This document shows positions 1-8,937 of a stretch of 64,000 bases of DNA, in pieces; within the stretch, counting starts at the first letter, position 1; each line of letters starts with the position of its first letter. Made by a program: the position numbers and the translations under genes. Below the pieces are notes generated by a model. That model was not told the DNA's origin and did not search any database. It saw only the letters and a program-made list of their open reading frames with translations. The DNA lies in IMG/VR virus record IMGVR_UViG_3300017917_001996, positions 1 to 64,000 of that record; one strand, given 5' to 3'.

Positions 1-1
1 T

Positions 2-451
2 GAATACTGCCAAGACAACCTGAACGCTAAGGATCAGATTGAACGCATTGTGAACATTTCTACTATGTTCCGTGAATTCAACTTTGACATGCTGAAGGCT
101 CTTGTTGAAGAAATGAATCGTTACAACGAAACTCCTCAGCAAGCACTTGCTATGCTTAACGCCAAGCCTGAGTTTGATGGTGAGACTAAGTACGAAGTCA
201 AGATCGTCCATGAAGGCCAAGAGATTGACTACAATAGCGAATATCGTGGTAACCCTCTGAGCCCCGACGGTGTCGAGATTGGATTTGATCCGGCTCCTGA
301 TGACGACGAAGCCGATTACATTCACAAGGTCTTCACTGCAAGCACTCTTGTAACTGTTAAGAACGGTCAGTTTGTGTTTGAGGACAAAGGCACTCGTATT
401 ATGCTAACTCGCATCGTTGAGAAGAAGCCCAATTACTGGGATGCCTTTTAA
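2..451 (+). CDS. Partial CDS (5' truncated), possibly the C-terminal part of a phage AAA-family ATPase
   Basis: Frame is open from base 2 (EYCQDNLN...FNFDMLKALVEEMNRY); no Walker motif in the window, so the family call is tentative. Confidence 0.45.
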   Translation, partial: EYCQDNLNAKDQIERIVNISTMFREFNFDMLKALVEEMNRYNETPQQALAMLNAKPEFDGETKYEVKIVHEGQEIDYNSEYRGNPLSPDGVEIGFDPAPDDDEADYIHKVFTASTLVTVKNGQFVFEDKGTRIMLTRIVEKKPNYWDAF

Positions 452-474
452 AAAAGCCCCGAAAGGGGCTTTTT
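450..474. terminator. Bidirectional intrinsic terminator
   Basis: AAAAAAGCCCC-GAAA-GGGGCTTTTT between convergent genes. Confidence 0.9.
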
Positions 475-1228
475 ATTTGAGTACAATATCAAAGATCCAA
501 GCCTCAAAGACTTCAGACCTTGCATAGTCGTAGGGTATCCAGAAGTAACCATTTTCGCCCCAGTCAGGACCAAAACTGTTCTTGGCTAACAGTTGTTTCT
601 TGTCTTGATTGTAGCCAACAAGAAAGACAGCGTGTTCACCATAGAAATCCTCAAATCTATTTTTAGGCATCTCTACAACAGGATTAGTTTTGTCAATTCC
701 AAAGAATTGAGTGTATACACTCATACCGATTACTACTGGTCGATTATTGTTTATGGCTGCAATGATCTCGGGTATACCATATAAACGTCGATAATTTTCA
801 AGTGTGCGTTTCTTAGCATCGGCATAGGCTTCCGGACTAGGACGCACATCAAATTTTTTAATGTCGTAGGGCCAAAGATCTTCTGAGCAGATACCATAAT
901 CAACTATACCTTCAATGGCAGCGCGAATGGTAGTGCCCGCATCTAGTTCTACTAGGTCTTCCTTAAAACGGCCGTTGTAGTAAACAAACAGCGAACTCAA
1001 CTCGGTGAAGTTTTTAGGATAATTACGCCTTAGCATCATTTCATATGCGCCAGCTAGAGCTTGTCCAACACAACTACCTAAAGTTGTTTGATCTTCAACT
1101 CGTGTATCCCATTCCCTCAGGTCCACTACATTTCTAGTAGGAATACGAGCAACCTGGTAAACCCAATCTCTATGATCAGGTCTACTAGGTCTGCATGAAT
1201 GCCTGTTACGGCTGATTAGATTATCCAC
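473..1228 (-). CDS. Papain-like (C1A) cysteine peptidase
   Basis: DQTTLGSCVGQA (oxyanion Q, catalytic C), GEHAV (H), KNSFGPDWGENGYFW (N). Confidence 0.9.
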   Translation of the reverse strand: MDNLISRNRHSCRPSRPDHRDWVYQVARIPTRNVVDLREWDTRVEDQTTLGSCVGQALAGAYEMMLRRNYPKNFTELSSLFVYYNGRFKEDLVELDAGTTIRAAIEGIVDYGICSEDLWPYDIKKFDVRPSPEAYADAKKRTLENYRRLYGIPEIIAAINNNRPVVIGMSVYTQFFGIDKTNPVVEMPKNRFEDFYGEHAVFLVGYNQDKKQLLAKNSFGPDWGENGYFWIPYDYARSEVFEAWIFDIVLK

Positions 1229-1845
1229 CAGCCGGTGCTCCTAAAAACTACGCCAACACTTTGATTGGGTACACTAATGATGTAAGTAGCTTTGCCATCA
1301 ATTAGCTGACCAGCTTGAGGTTGTATAGTAATCTTACCAGAACCTTGGCCGTATTCATCTTTGATTGTGTACACACGACCATTGATGCCTGCAGGCAAGG
1401 TAATAGTTACTGCATTGGCACTAAAAACACCGATATATTCATCATTTAATGCGGCTGTATAACTTGTTGTGGTACCGTAAACATTAATTAAATCAGCACC
1501 ATAACTACTAATGGTAATATTACCGGTAGTTCCTGTTATAGTAATACCTGGGCCAGCTGCCAGACTGGTAACACCAGTGTTATAGATTTCGAATTTAGCA
1601 TTGGGTCCAGACGTAACTACATTGGTCAATGCAATCCCATTACCAGCAGTAGGAGTAACACTGGTAACAACCTGTGCGCCATTGGAAGTTAAATTACCAG
1701 TAACAGTAATCGAATTGAAGGTTACATTGGCATTAGGGTGCAGGTTTTGTGCAACAGATATAACACCATCAATAACATCAATATTGCCGCCTATCTGTAC
1801 AACACCATATTCCAGGGTTGATGCGGCTGAACTTAAATATGACAT
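1216..1845 (-). CDS. Beta-rich structural/fibre-like protein
   Basis: GVTSLAAGPGITIT repeats; C-terminal domain (DEYIGV...VTITLP...LIDG...WWII) is paralogous to the C-terminus of 2193-2804. Confidence 0.6.
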   Translation of the reverse strand: MSYLSSAASTLEYGVVQIGGNIDVIDGVISVAQNLHPNANVTFNSITVTGNLTSNGAQVVTSVTPTAGNGIALTNVVTSGPNAKFEIYNTGVTSLAAGPGITITGTTGNITISSYGADLINVYGTTTSYTAALNDEYIGVFSANAVTITLPAGINGRVYTIKDEYGQGSGKITIQPQAGQLIDGKATYIISVPNQSVGVVFRSTGWWII

Positions 1846-1848
1846 TTA

Positions 1849-2181
1849 TTATGCTCCTGCTGAACCGCAGTAACCGGCTGCGCTTTGGGAACCTGTGTAT
1901 CCCCAACCTTCTTTGTTTTCCATTTCTCTTTGTGCTTGTTTCATACCAGCACGAAATCCTCTGGCAAAGTCATCTTTGGCTGTATCGTATCTGCCAAAGT
2001 CATAGTAATAATCATATAAGTCTGTGTCGTCATAGTCATAGTAATCATAGTCAGGATAATCCCAATACCAATAATGATATGGATGATACCAATAATGTCT
2101 ATTCCAATAATGTCCTGGACGTTGTGGTCCGTGAGGTGCTTGTGGTGCTGCTTGTGGTCTGCGTGGTGGTCTTCTATTCAT
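1849..2181 (-). CDS. Tyr/His/Trp/Asp-rich low-complexity protein
   Basis: RBS AAGGAG upstream; HYWNRHYWYHPYHYWYWDYPDYDYYDY; fills the gap in the operon. Confidence 0.7.
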   Translation of the reverse strand: MNRRPPRRPQAAPQAPHGPQRPGHYWNRHYWYHPYHYWYWDYPDYDYYDYDDTDLYDYYYDFGRYDTAKDDFARGFRAGMKQAQREMENKEGWGYTGSQSAAGYCGSAGA

Positions 2182-2192
2182 GATTTACTCCT

Positions 2193-2804
2193 TTAAATTA
2201 TATGCCATTCGCCGCCGCGACATAACATACTAACTGATTCGTAAGGTACTTCCATAACATAAGAAGTACTACCATCGATAAGGCCACTATTTGCAACCAC
2301 AAGCGTAACCTTACGGTTACCAATTGGCGGGCCCATTTCTATTTTTACAATAATTTGCTGACAATCTTCGCAATCTCCGGGAAGTGTGATAGTAACCGGT
2401 CCAGTACTATTAACACCAATGTAATAATCATCCATCGTAGCACTGTAGTCTTGTGATACCACTCTTGCCGAGCACTTGCAACTACAGTTTCCAGTCGCAC
2501 CAGTAGCTCCGATAGGGCCAGGTTCTCCTTGAGCGCCCGTTGCTCCAGTAGCACCAATCGGTCCTTGAGGTCCTGTAGCTCCGATGCATTCCGGCGGGCA
2601 AGGCGGGGGGTTGGGTCCTGTTGCACCATTTACTCCTTGTTGTAATACTGTTGATGATAATCCCGCAGGAATAAATTGACCGGACACTGTTTGTCTGATC
2701 AACTCAAGATGGTTATGAGTGAGATCATTTCGATTCTTATTAATCTGTGCGATTATTTCGTTGAGCTCAATTAATCTTTGTTCATTGGGATTCATTTTTT
2801 CCAT
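2193..2804 (-). CDS. Short collagen-like protein with Cys motifs and a C-terminal beta domain
   Basis: GATGPQGPIGATGATG repeats flanked by CPPEC and CSCKC. Confidence 0.8.
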   Translation of the reverse strand: MEKMNPNEQRLIELNEIIAQINKNRNDLTHNHLELIRQTVSGQFIPAGLSSTVLQQGVNGATGPNPPPCPPECIGATGPQGPIGATGATGAQGEPGPIGATGATGNCSCKCSARVVSQDYSATMDDYYIGVNSTGPVTITLPGDCEDCQQIIVKIEMGPPIGNRKVTLVVANSGLIDGSTSYVMEVPYESVSMLCRGGEWHII

Positions 2805-3162
2805 CCTTAGAAAAGAATTGGAATAATTTTCCGCTGATAGTTGATTTTTCTTCTTTAACCGGTTCGGGCTCGGTTACTTCAATGTTGGGCTCTTGTTTAA
2901 TTTCTTCTATAGCCTGCTCGGCAGACTCTTTTATTGTGTCTTGCTCGTTGTCACAATCAACAACGGTGTTTTCTACTTTTTCTATATTAATATTAATATC
3001 TGTGTCGCTATCTGAGGTTTTGACTCCAGCAAACAGCGTCTGTTTAAAATCATCAAGGTTAAAAGGCTTTCCGCCTATGCTTGGTAACTCGCCAGTGAGT
3101 CTATACCTCGAAATTACATGACTTAAAGCTATTAATTCGTACTCGCGGGGATCCATTGCCAT
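2782..3162 (-). CDS. Hypothetical acidic protein
   Basis: RBS GAGG; N-terminus (DPREYELIALSHVI) resembles the N-terminus of 2193-2804 (NPNEQRLIELNEII). Confidence 0.6.
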   Translation of the reverse strand: MAMDPREYELIALSHVISRYRLTGELPSIGGKPFNLDDFKQTLFAGVKTSDSDTDININIEKVENTVVDCDNEQDTIKESAEQAIEEIKQEPNIEVTEPEPVKEEKSTISGKLFQFFSKDGKNESQ

Positions 3163-3176
3163 ACCTCAACATCCTT

Positions 3177-3210
3177 TTAAAATGGCGAACCCTTGTGAGG
3201 TTCGCCAGTT
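3177..3210 (-). terminator. Intrinsic terminator after the 3230-3853 gene
   Basis: TGGCGAACC/GGTTCGCCA stem followed by a T-run on the minus strand. Confidence 0.75.
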
Positions 3211-3229
3211 TTACTACTCAACGTTGAAA

Positions 3230-3853
3230 TTAACGAACGTTGTTGCTGGTGCTGGTTTGACCAACGCCGGCCATTGTGCCAAAGTTAACCATACCTTGGC
3301 GAGTCTCTTGTAGTTGACTCTGGAAGGCATTTAATTGGCTAGTTAGAGCAGCCCACTGACTGTTGTCAGCGTGACGGTGCCAGTGACGTCCATCATCAAG
3401 AGCAGCAACTAGTTCAGTGTTGCGCTCAATTAGACGACGACCATAGTCATCTTCACGTAGGCGATTAATTAGAGCAACAGTTTTCTCGTTTCCCGAATCG
3501 ATCTTGTCACTTAGATAAGTTGTCTGCTTGGCTAGTTCAACTTGTGTCTTTAGTGCATTGATTTCTGCATCCTTGCTTGCACCCAAGAATCCAGCAACTA
3601 CTTGTTGCTGTTGTGCTACGATCTGAGCACGGATATCGGCTAGGTCACGACCAGTGTCAAAGAAACGACTGTCGATGCCGCGGGCTGTATCGCTTACTCT
3701 TTGATTGATATCAAAACGTGCGTCTTTGATAGCGCCTTGTGTGTTATAGTCGCCTTTTAGACCTTCTTTAACGATTTCGTTAGTGTGCTCCGATGCTTCA
3801 CGACGGATGTCGCTGTGTTGACCGGCTAACATCATTGTATCTACTTCTGCCAT
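3230..3853 (-). CDS. Long helical/coiled-coil protein of unknown function
   Basis: Strong RBS AAGGAG, its own terminator, heptad-like helical composition. Confidence 0.75.
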   Translation of the reverse strand: MAEVDTMMLAGQHSDIRREASEHTNEIVKEGLKGDYNTQGAIKDARFDINQRVSDTARGIDSRFFDTGRDLADIRAQIVAQQQQVVAGFLGASKDAEINALKTQVELAKQTTYLSDKIDSGNEKTVALINRLREDDYGRRLIERNTELVAALDDGRHWHRHADNSQWAALTSQLNAFQSQLQETRQGMVNFGTMAGVGQTSTSNNVR

Positions 3854-3958
3854 TTTATTCTCCTTTATAAGTTATAACGGCTTGTACAGGAATACTTCCT
3901 GCAATGTACCCTGAATGTTTGATCAGGTGTTATAATTACTTAGGTAAAAATTGTGGTC

Positions 3959-3986
3959 AAAAAAATAGGCCTTGGTCTAAGGCCTA
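3959..3986 (-). terminator. Terminator of the luxR-family gene, overlapping a candidate operator
   Basis: TAGGCCTT-GGTCT-AAGGCCTA followed by a T-run on the minus strand. Confidence 0.65.
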
Positions 3987-4006
3987 CTTCAGTGTATGTG
4001 CTATAA

Positions 4007-4699
4007 TTACTTCTTGGCAAACACAGCCAGTTGTGTTCTGTTCTTAACACCGTATTTCTTAAAAATGTGACCAAGATGAAGTTTAACTGTACTTTCACTA
4101 ATGTTCAGTGAACGTGCAATAACTTTGTTACTGGATCCTCGTTCAAGTACAATATTGAGAATTTGATTCTGACGAGGTGTAAGTTTAATTTCTTTCAAAG
4201 AACCCAATTCGGGTTTAGATTTTGAACCTGGTAATTGATCGATAATGTGTTTAGGCCAGTACGGAATGCCTGCCCATTGAGCAAGTACACCTTTTTCGCA
4301 TTCATCCCAACCATAGTCTCGAGAGTTTGGAATTATACCAATGATTCCACTTTTTTGTAGATCTTTTATTAGGGCAACATCAGCGCCACTGAAAATAGAA
4401 ACAGAAACGGAAATTTCATAGTCTAATTCAATTAGCTTGGAAAGAGTTCTTACCATGTTAACTACCTCAATGGCTGTTGTGTTATCTAGTTCGGCTTGAT
4501 GTATTGAAATGCTTTTAACTTTTTTAGACTTTAAATGTTCTGTTAAAGAATCCCAATTTGAGCAAAAGATAATTTCTTTTACATCGGATTTTTTATACAG
4601 CTCATCTAAATCATCTCTTATCGGTTCGATAAACCGATCAAATGTCTCATCGGTGAATGCTTTACTAAAAAATAAATGTACAGTTTTTTCAGTTGTCAT
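4007..4699 (-). CDS. LuxR/NarL-family (GerE HTH) transcription regulator with a degenerate receiver-like N-terminus
   Basis: LTPRQNQIL...SNKVIARSLNISESTVKLHLGHIFKKYGVKNRTQL; start moved to ATG 4699, which has a GGAGAG RBS. Confidence 0.9.
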   Translation of the reverse strand: MTTEKTVHLFFSKAFTDETFDRFIEPIRDDLDELYKKSDVKEIIFCSNWDSLTEHLKSKKVKSISIHQAELDNTTAIEVVNMVRTLSKLIELDYEISVSVSIFSGADVALIKDLQKSGIIGIIPNSRDYGWDECEKGVLAQWAGIPYWPKHIIDQLPGSKSKPELGSLKEIKLTPRQNQILNIVLERGSSNKVIARSLNISESTVKLHLGHIFKKYGVKNRTQLAVFAKK

Positions 4700-4770
4700 T
4701 TGTTCTCTCCACGGTGTATACAAATACTTACGTTTGTCTACACATCTGTTTAACATACCATGGTACGCCT

Positions 4771-4787
4771 TAGACATGAGTCTAGGT
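4771..4787. promoter_or_regulatory. Palindromic candidate operator TAGAC-N4-GTCTA(GGT), with further copies at 5125-5141 and 3966-3979
   Basis: Three copies flank the luxR gene, all intergenic or at gene ends. Confidence 0.5.
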
Positions 4788-4878
4788 CTTCCTTCTATTA
4801 CTACGACTATTATAAATAAAAGACCCGATTGATATCAAATTAAACAGTAGTACTTTTAACACTGGACTTACATCTCTT

Positions 4879-5127
4879 ATGAGCAATCTCACCAATTATT
4901 TTAACAACATTTGCTATAAACCTCTTTACAACATAGGCGACCGCGTCTACGGCCGCTGGAACAAAATTCCTTTCGTTGGTACAGTAGGTAACGATACCTT
5001 GATTAACGAACAAGAGGGTCCTCGCATCAGCATACATCTTGACTTGCCTATACGTGTCAATGATTACAATCATACAATAATATTTGTCAAGCATCGAGAC
5101 ATTAAACGTCTTGTTGAATTTAACTAG
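4879..5127 (+). CDS. Small hypothetical protein (SH3/KOW-like)
   Basis: YNIGDRVYGRWNKIPFVGTV pattern. Confidence 0.55.
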   Translation: MSNLTNYFNNICYKPLYNIGDRVYGRWNKIPFVGTVGNDTLINEQEGPRISIHLDLPIRVNDYNHTIIFVKHRDIKRLVEFN

Positions 5128-5171
5128 ACTTTAGTCTAGGTTTTTGCCGTGTAGAAGTTTTAAATATCTGC

Positions 5172-6077
5172 ATGTGCATTATCATTGGCAAATATTTTGA
5201 CGACCTAGGCTGGGTTGCAGTTAAAAATCGAGACCGCAATTACATTCCTGAAATTTCTTTTCGTAAAAAAACTGCCAGCGGAGTTGAAGTCTTATACTTC
5301 TGGGATGATATAACACAGTATTGCGAAGGTTTTAATTCAGCCGGGGTAGGTATTCTCAGTGCTAGCTTGATGGTCTTAGACGACGAAAAAGAGATAGAGA
5401 AGCGCACTCGCACACCGAGTCGCGATGGTGCTAGAATAAAGAAAGCCTTGATGCTGCCTAATGTCAAGGCAGCGGCCATGCAATTGATCAATGATAAACT
5501 AACAGGAAATACCTTGGTGTTCAACAAGGATCATATGTTTCTAATCGAAGCTGCTCAAAATAACGGAAGGTATCGTTACAAGGTACGCGAGATTCCCCGA
5601 GACCAAACGGTAGTTAGGACCAATCACGGAATCTGGTTACCTTGGGCTGGCTATCAACGCGGTGTAGATCAAGCCGAGACTCTAAGTAGGATCAGTTCAG
5701 AAAGTAGAAAACTGATTGCCGATCAGGTAACCGAGCAATCACAGGACCCAGAAGATATCTTGGATGGACTAACCTTAGACTATACCAGCAACGGTCAATT
5801 AAATGCACTACGCACTACAACTGAAAAAAAGAAAATGCGTACCACAAGTCAAATCATGATCATACCCAAAGAGAGAACCATGTATGTACGCCCGGTGCAG
5901 AGCAATATGATTTTTAATTTTTGGGAATTGAACAAGCCCAATCAGCAGACCTGGATCGAAATTCTAAGCAATCGAGTTTTATACATGAACCTTAAGGACA
6001 TTGACCCTGGTAACGATCCACCATTTGATCACAGCCTAAGTCACGACTTGGACGAGCAAGAAGTCCAAATTACTTGA
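5172..6077 (+). CDS. N-terminal nucleophile (Ntn) hydrolase-like protein
   Basis: MC start, KNRD motif and RTNH resemble NRDE/C45-type Ntn hydrolases. Confidence 0.6.
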   Translation: MCIIIGKYFDDLGWVAVKNRDRNYIPEISFRKKTASGVEVLYFWDDITQYCEGFNSAGVGILSASLMVLDDEKEIEKRTRTPSRDGARIKKALMLPNVKAAAMQLINDKLTGNTLVFNKDHMFLIEAAQNNGRYRYKVREIPRDQTVVRTNHGIWLPWAGYQRGVDQAETLSRISSESRKLIADQVTEQSQDPEDILDGLTLDYTSNGQLNALRTTTEKKKMRTTSQIMIIPKERTMYVRPVQSNMIFNFWELNKPNQQTWIEILSNRVLYMNLKDIDPGNDPPFDHSLSHDLDEQEVQIT

Positions 6078-6102
6078 TTTAACCGTTCTGTGCGTATATA
6101 AT
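6074..6102 (+). promoter_or_regulatory. Sigma70-like promoter
   Basis: TTGATT-N17-TATAAT with TG upstream. Confidence 0.65.
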
Positions 6103-6152
6103 TAGTGGAACAATACCACTAAGTATTACAAAGTGCTTTACACAGAGGTTTT

Positions 6153-6509
6153 ATGGGTTCAGGAAATTATTGCTTCACTTGTTTAAATTGCGGTCGACAA
6201 AATCCAGTTAAGAGCAGTGGCATTATATCTAAGTATTGTAATAACAAATGCCAGGCAGAACACCGCAGTCGTTCTCTTGTAAAAGAATGGAAAGACAACG
6301 AAACTACAACCGCTTGGCGTCAAGTTCCCGAATATGTCAAAAAATACTTGATATCTAGTCGAGGCCATAAATGTGAAATCTGTGGCGGCACTGAGTGGCA
6401 AGGAGAAGAGATTCCGTTAGTTGTAGATCATTGGGATCGTAACACTCATAATAACGAAGAGTCAAATTTAGCAATTATATGTCCTAACTGTAGGTCACAA
6501 CGTAAGTAA
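6153..6509 (+). CDS. HNH endonuclease with Zn-finger
   Basis: CxxC pairs; VDHWDRNTHNNEESNLAIICPNC. Confidence 0.8.
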   Translation: MGSGNYCFTCLNCGRQNPVKSSGIISKYCNNKCQAEHRSRSLVKEWKDNETTTAWRQVPEYVKKYLISSRGHKCEICGGTEWQGEEIPLVVDHWDRNTHNNEESNLAIICPNCRSQRK

Positions 6510-6537
6510 TTCATTTAACACACAAGGAGAAACACAA

Positions 6538-7083
6538 ATGAAAACAATCGGCGATAAAATTACAAGTTTTGCAGTTACTGGCGTCAAGCCTGGCGCACTT
6601 TCTCCAGAGGGTGCGTTCGAAACTATTACTGACAAAAGCTTCGAAGGAAAATGGAAAGTTATTGTCTACTATCCTAAGGACTTCACTTTCGTATGTCCTA
6701 CTGAGATTGTTGCTTATGACAAGCTCAATGGTGACTTTGCTGACCGTGATGCAGTTCTATTGATCGGCAGCACAGACAATGAGTTCTGCAAGCTGGCATG
6801 GCGTAACGCACACGAAGATCTAAAGAAGACAAATTCTTGGAGCTTCGCTGATGTTGCTCGGGACGAAAACAGCCTAGCCGACCAACTTGGTATCTTCTAC
6901 GGCCCTGCTGGTGCTGCACTTCGCGCTACATTCATTGTTGACCCTGATAACGTTATTCAGCACGTTACAGTAAACAACTTAGACGTTGGTCGTAACCCAG
7001 ACGAAACATTGCGTGTTCTAGACGCACTGCAAACTGGCGAACTATGCCCATGCAGCCGTCCTGTCGGTGGTGAGACACTGTAA
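6538..7083 (+). CDS. ahpC: Peroxiredoxin AhpC
   Basis: YYPKDFTFVCPTE, GRNPDE, GELCPC. Confidence 0.95.
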   Translation: MKTIGDKITSFAVTGVKPGALSPEGAFETITDKSFEGKWKVIVYYPKDFTFVCPTEIVAYDKLNGDFADRDAVLLIGSTDNEFCKLAWRNAHEDLKKTNSWSFADVARDENSLADQLGIFYGPAGAALRATFIVDPDNVIQHVTVNNLDVGRNPDETLRVLDALQTGELCPCSRPVGGETL

Positions 7084-7430
7084 TGCACTATCACGCACAC
7101 ATCTACTGGCAAAATGAAGCCCAGAGGTTTGAAGCGTTACACCTAAGACAGCCCCTTCAAGAATTGGGCTGTCAATTGGGTAGCATACACGACGAACCGA
7201 TTGGTCCTCATCCGTCGCCTATGTATCAAGTAAACTACAACAGCAACATTGCTGACGAAGTTGAAGAATTGTTATATAAGGCTAAGTTGCATATCTTATT
7301 ACACGAAGATACCGGTAATGATGTGCGTAACCATACTGAAGGCGTAAGATGGATTGGAAGGCCTCTAACACTGAATATCGATTGGTTAAGGAATTATGCT
7401 AAAGGAGTAAAAAATGACACATTGGGTTGA
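7083..7430 (+). CDS. DOPA 4,5-dioxygenase family protein
   Basis: YHAHIY, IGPHP, LLHEDTG..NHT..WIGRPL.L motifs. Confidence 0.8.
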   Translation: MHYHAHIYWQNEAQRFEALHLRQPLQELGCQLGSIHDEPIGPHPSPMYQVNYNSNIADEVEELLYKAKLHILLHEDTGNDVRNHTEGVRWIGRPLTLNIDWLRNYAKGVKNDTLG

Positions 7431-7932
7431 TGCATTAAAAGAAAACAGCATACCTGATTATGCCAAGGATACCAAGCTAAACATGGACGCTGTAATCAAG
7501 CGTAGCTCGCTGCCTGCAGAAGAAGCAGAAGCCGTTGCACTAGCAGCCGCATTTGCCACAGGTAACAGCAAACTATGGACTTGGATGGAAAGTCAGATTG
7601 CTAACAAGACAGAGACACAGGCTGCACTAACAGCAGCAGCACTAATGGCACAAAACAACGTATGGTATCCTTACGTTGAAATGGCCGACGATGAGCAGCT
7701 CAAAGGTTTGCCTGCACAGTTGCGTATGAATGCCATTGCCACACACGGCGGCACAACCAAAGAGCGCTTTGAGGCATACAGTTTAGCCGCTAGCATTGTT
7801 GGTAAATGCCATTTCTGTGTAAAGGCACACTACGAAGGCCTAAAGAAAATGGGCTATACAGTTGAGCAATTACGTGACATTGGACGTATTTCCGCAGTGA
7901 TTACTAGTGTATCAAAAGTGGTAGCAAACTAA
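7414..7932 (+). CDS. ahpD: Alkyl hydroperoxide reductase AhpD
   Basis: PDYAKDTKLN, MAQNNVWY, LRMN, CHFCVKAH. Confidence 0.93.
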   Translation: MTHWVDALKENSIPDYAKDTKLNMDAVIKRSSLPAEEAEAVALAAAFATGNSKLWTWMESQIANKTETQAALTAAALMAQNNVWYPYVEMADDEQLKGLPAQLRMNAIATHGGTTKERFEAYSLAASIVGKCHFCVKAHYEGLKKMGYTVEQLRDIGRISAVITSVSKVVAN

Positions 7933-8348
7933 TGATTGAATGTATTGTATTAGGTGATTCTATTGCTGTAGGTACACACCTTCAACGCCATGAGTGTGTG
8001 TCCTATAGCAAAGGCGGTATTAATACTTGGCAATGGAACAAGATGTATAGCGACAAAGACCTAACTGCCGGTACAGTTATTATTAGTCTTGGCACCAACG
8101 ACCACAAAGGTGTAAAAACCGAAAAAGAGTTGTTAGCTATGCGATCTCGGGTCAAAGCAGCCCGAGTGTTTTGGATTATGCCTCCTTGTAATGATAAGTT
8201 TTGTAAGCAGGACGTCAATGACATTGTCAAGATGATTGCCGAAGCAAACGGAGATATAATTATCGGAACCAATCGTGTGCAAGCAGATGCTATTCACCCA
8301 AGTTGGGCCGGGTATAGAGAATTAGCAACACAAACAAAAGCACCGTAA
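7932..8348 (+). CDS. SGNH/GDSL hydrolase
   Basis: GDSIAVG, SLGTND, DAIHPSWAGY. Confidence 0.85.
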   Translation: MIECIVLGDSIAVGTHLQRHECVSYSKGGINTWQWNKMYSDKDLTAGTVIISLGTNDHKGVKTEKELLAMRSRVKAARVFWIMPPCNDKFCKQDVNDIVKMIAEANGDIIIGTNRVQADAIHPSWAGYRELATQTKAP

Positions 8349-8359
8349 GGTGCTTTTTT
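8336..8359 (+). terminator. Intrinsic terminator
   Basis: AAAAGCACC-GTAA-GGTGCTTTTTT. Confidence 0.9.
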
Positions 8360-8455
8360 ATTGGGTTTTTAAGTTATAGTAGCAGTTTGTTTTTTAGCCC
8401 GAAATGTTAAATAAGTTTATACTGTACTAAAGTATAGGTTGCAGGAGGAAAATAC

Positions 8456-8929
8456 GTGAAGAAAATAGTTACGATTTTGCTTTTTGTGCCCGTGCTAGCG
8501 CAAGCTGAACTAGTTCAACAATTCAAAAATCCTGCTTTTAGCGGCATTGGTTGGTCAAGCCATGCACTAACGGTAGACAGTATCGAAAAAAGTCGTAGAG
8601 ACACTATAGAAGCAGACAAAAAAGCCGCTATTGCCAAAGCCGAAGCAGATTTATTAAATACGCCGTTAAATAGGTTCATGAGCCTATTCCAGAGTCAAGT
8701 TTATGCACAACTTGCTACTCAATTAAGTAATAACTTATTCCAAAACAAATGTGCAGCCGCAGATGGCGGTAGTATTCCTGGTTGTGTAAATCCAACTACA
8801 GGAACATTTAATTTGGATGGAAATACCGTCACTTGGACAAAAGCCAATGACAAAGTTACATTAACTGTAGTTGATGCTAAAGGGTCAGTGACTACAGTCG
8901 TGGTACCAATTGCAAGTTTTGGATTCTAA
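8456..8929 (+). CDS. csgF: Curli assembly protein CsgF
   Basis: Signal peptide then AELVQQFKNPAFSG (CsgF N-terminal motif); adjacent to csgG. Confidence 0.8.
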   Translation: MKKIVTILLFVPVLAQAELVQQFKNPAFSGIGWSSHALTVDSIEKSRRDTIEADKKAAIAKAEADLLNTPLNRFMSLFQSQVYAQLATQLSNNLFQNKCAAADGGSIPGCVNPTTGTFNLDGNTVTWTKANDKVTLTVVDAKGSVTTVVVPIASFGF

Positions 8930-8937
8930 GGAGTACT

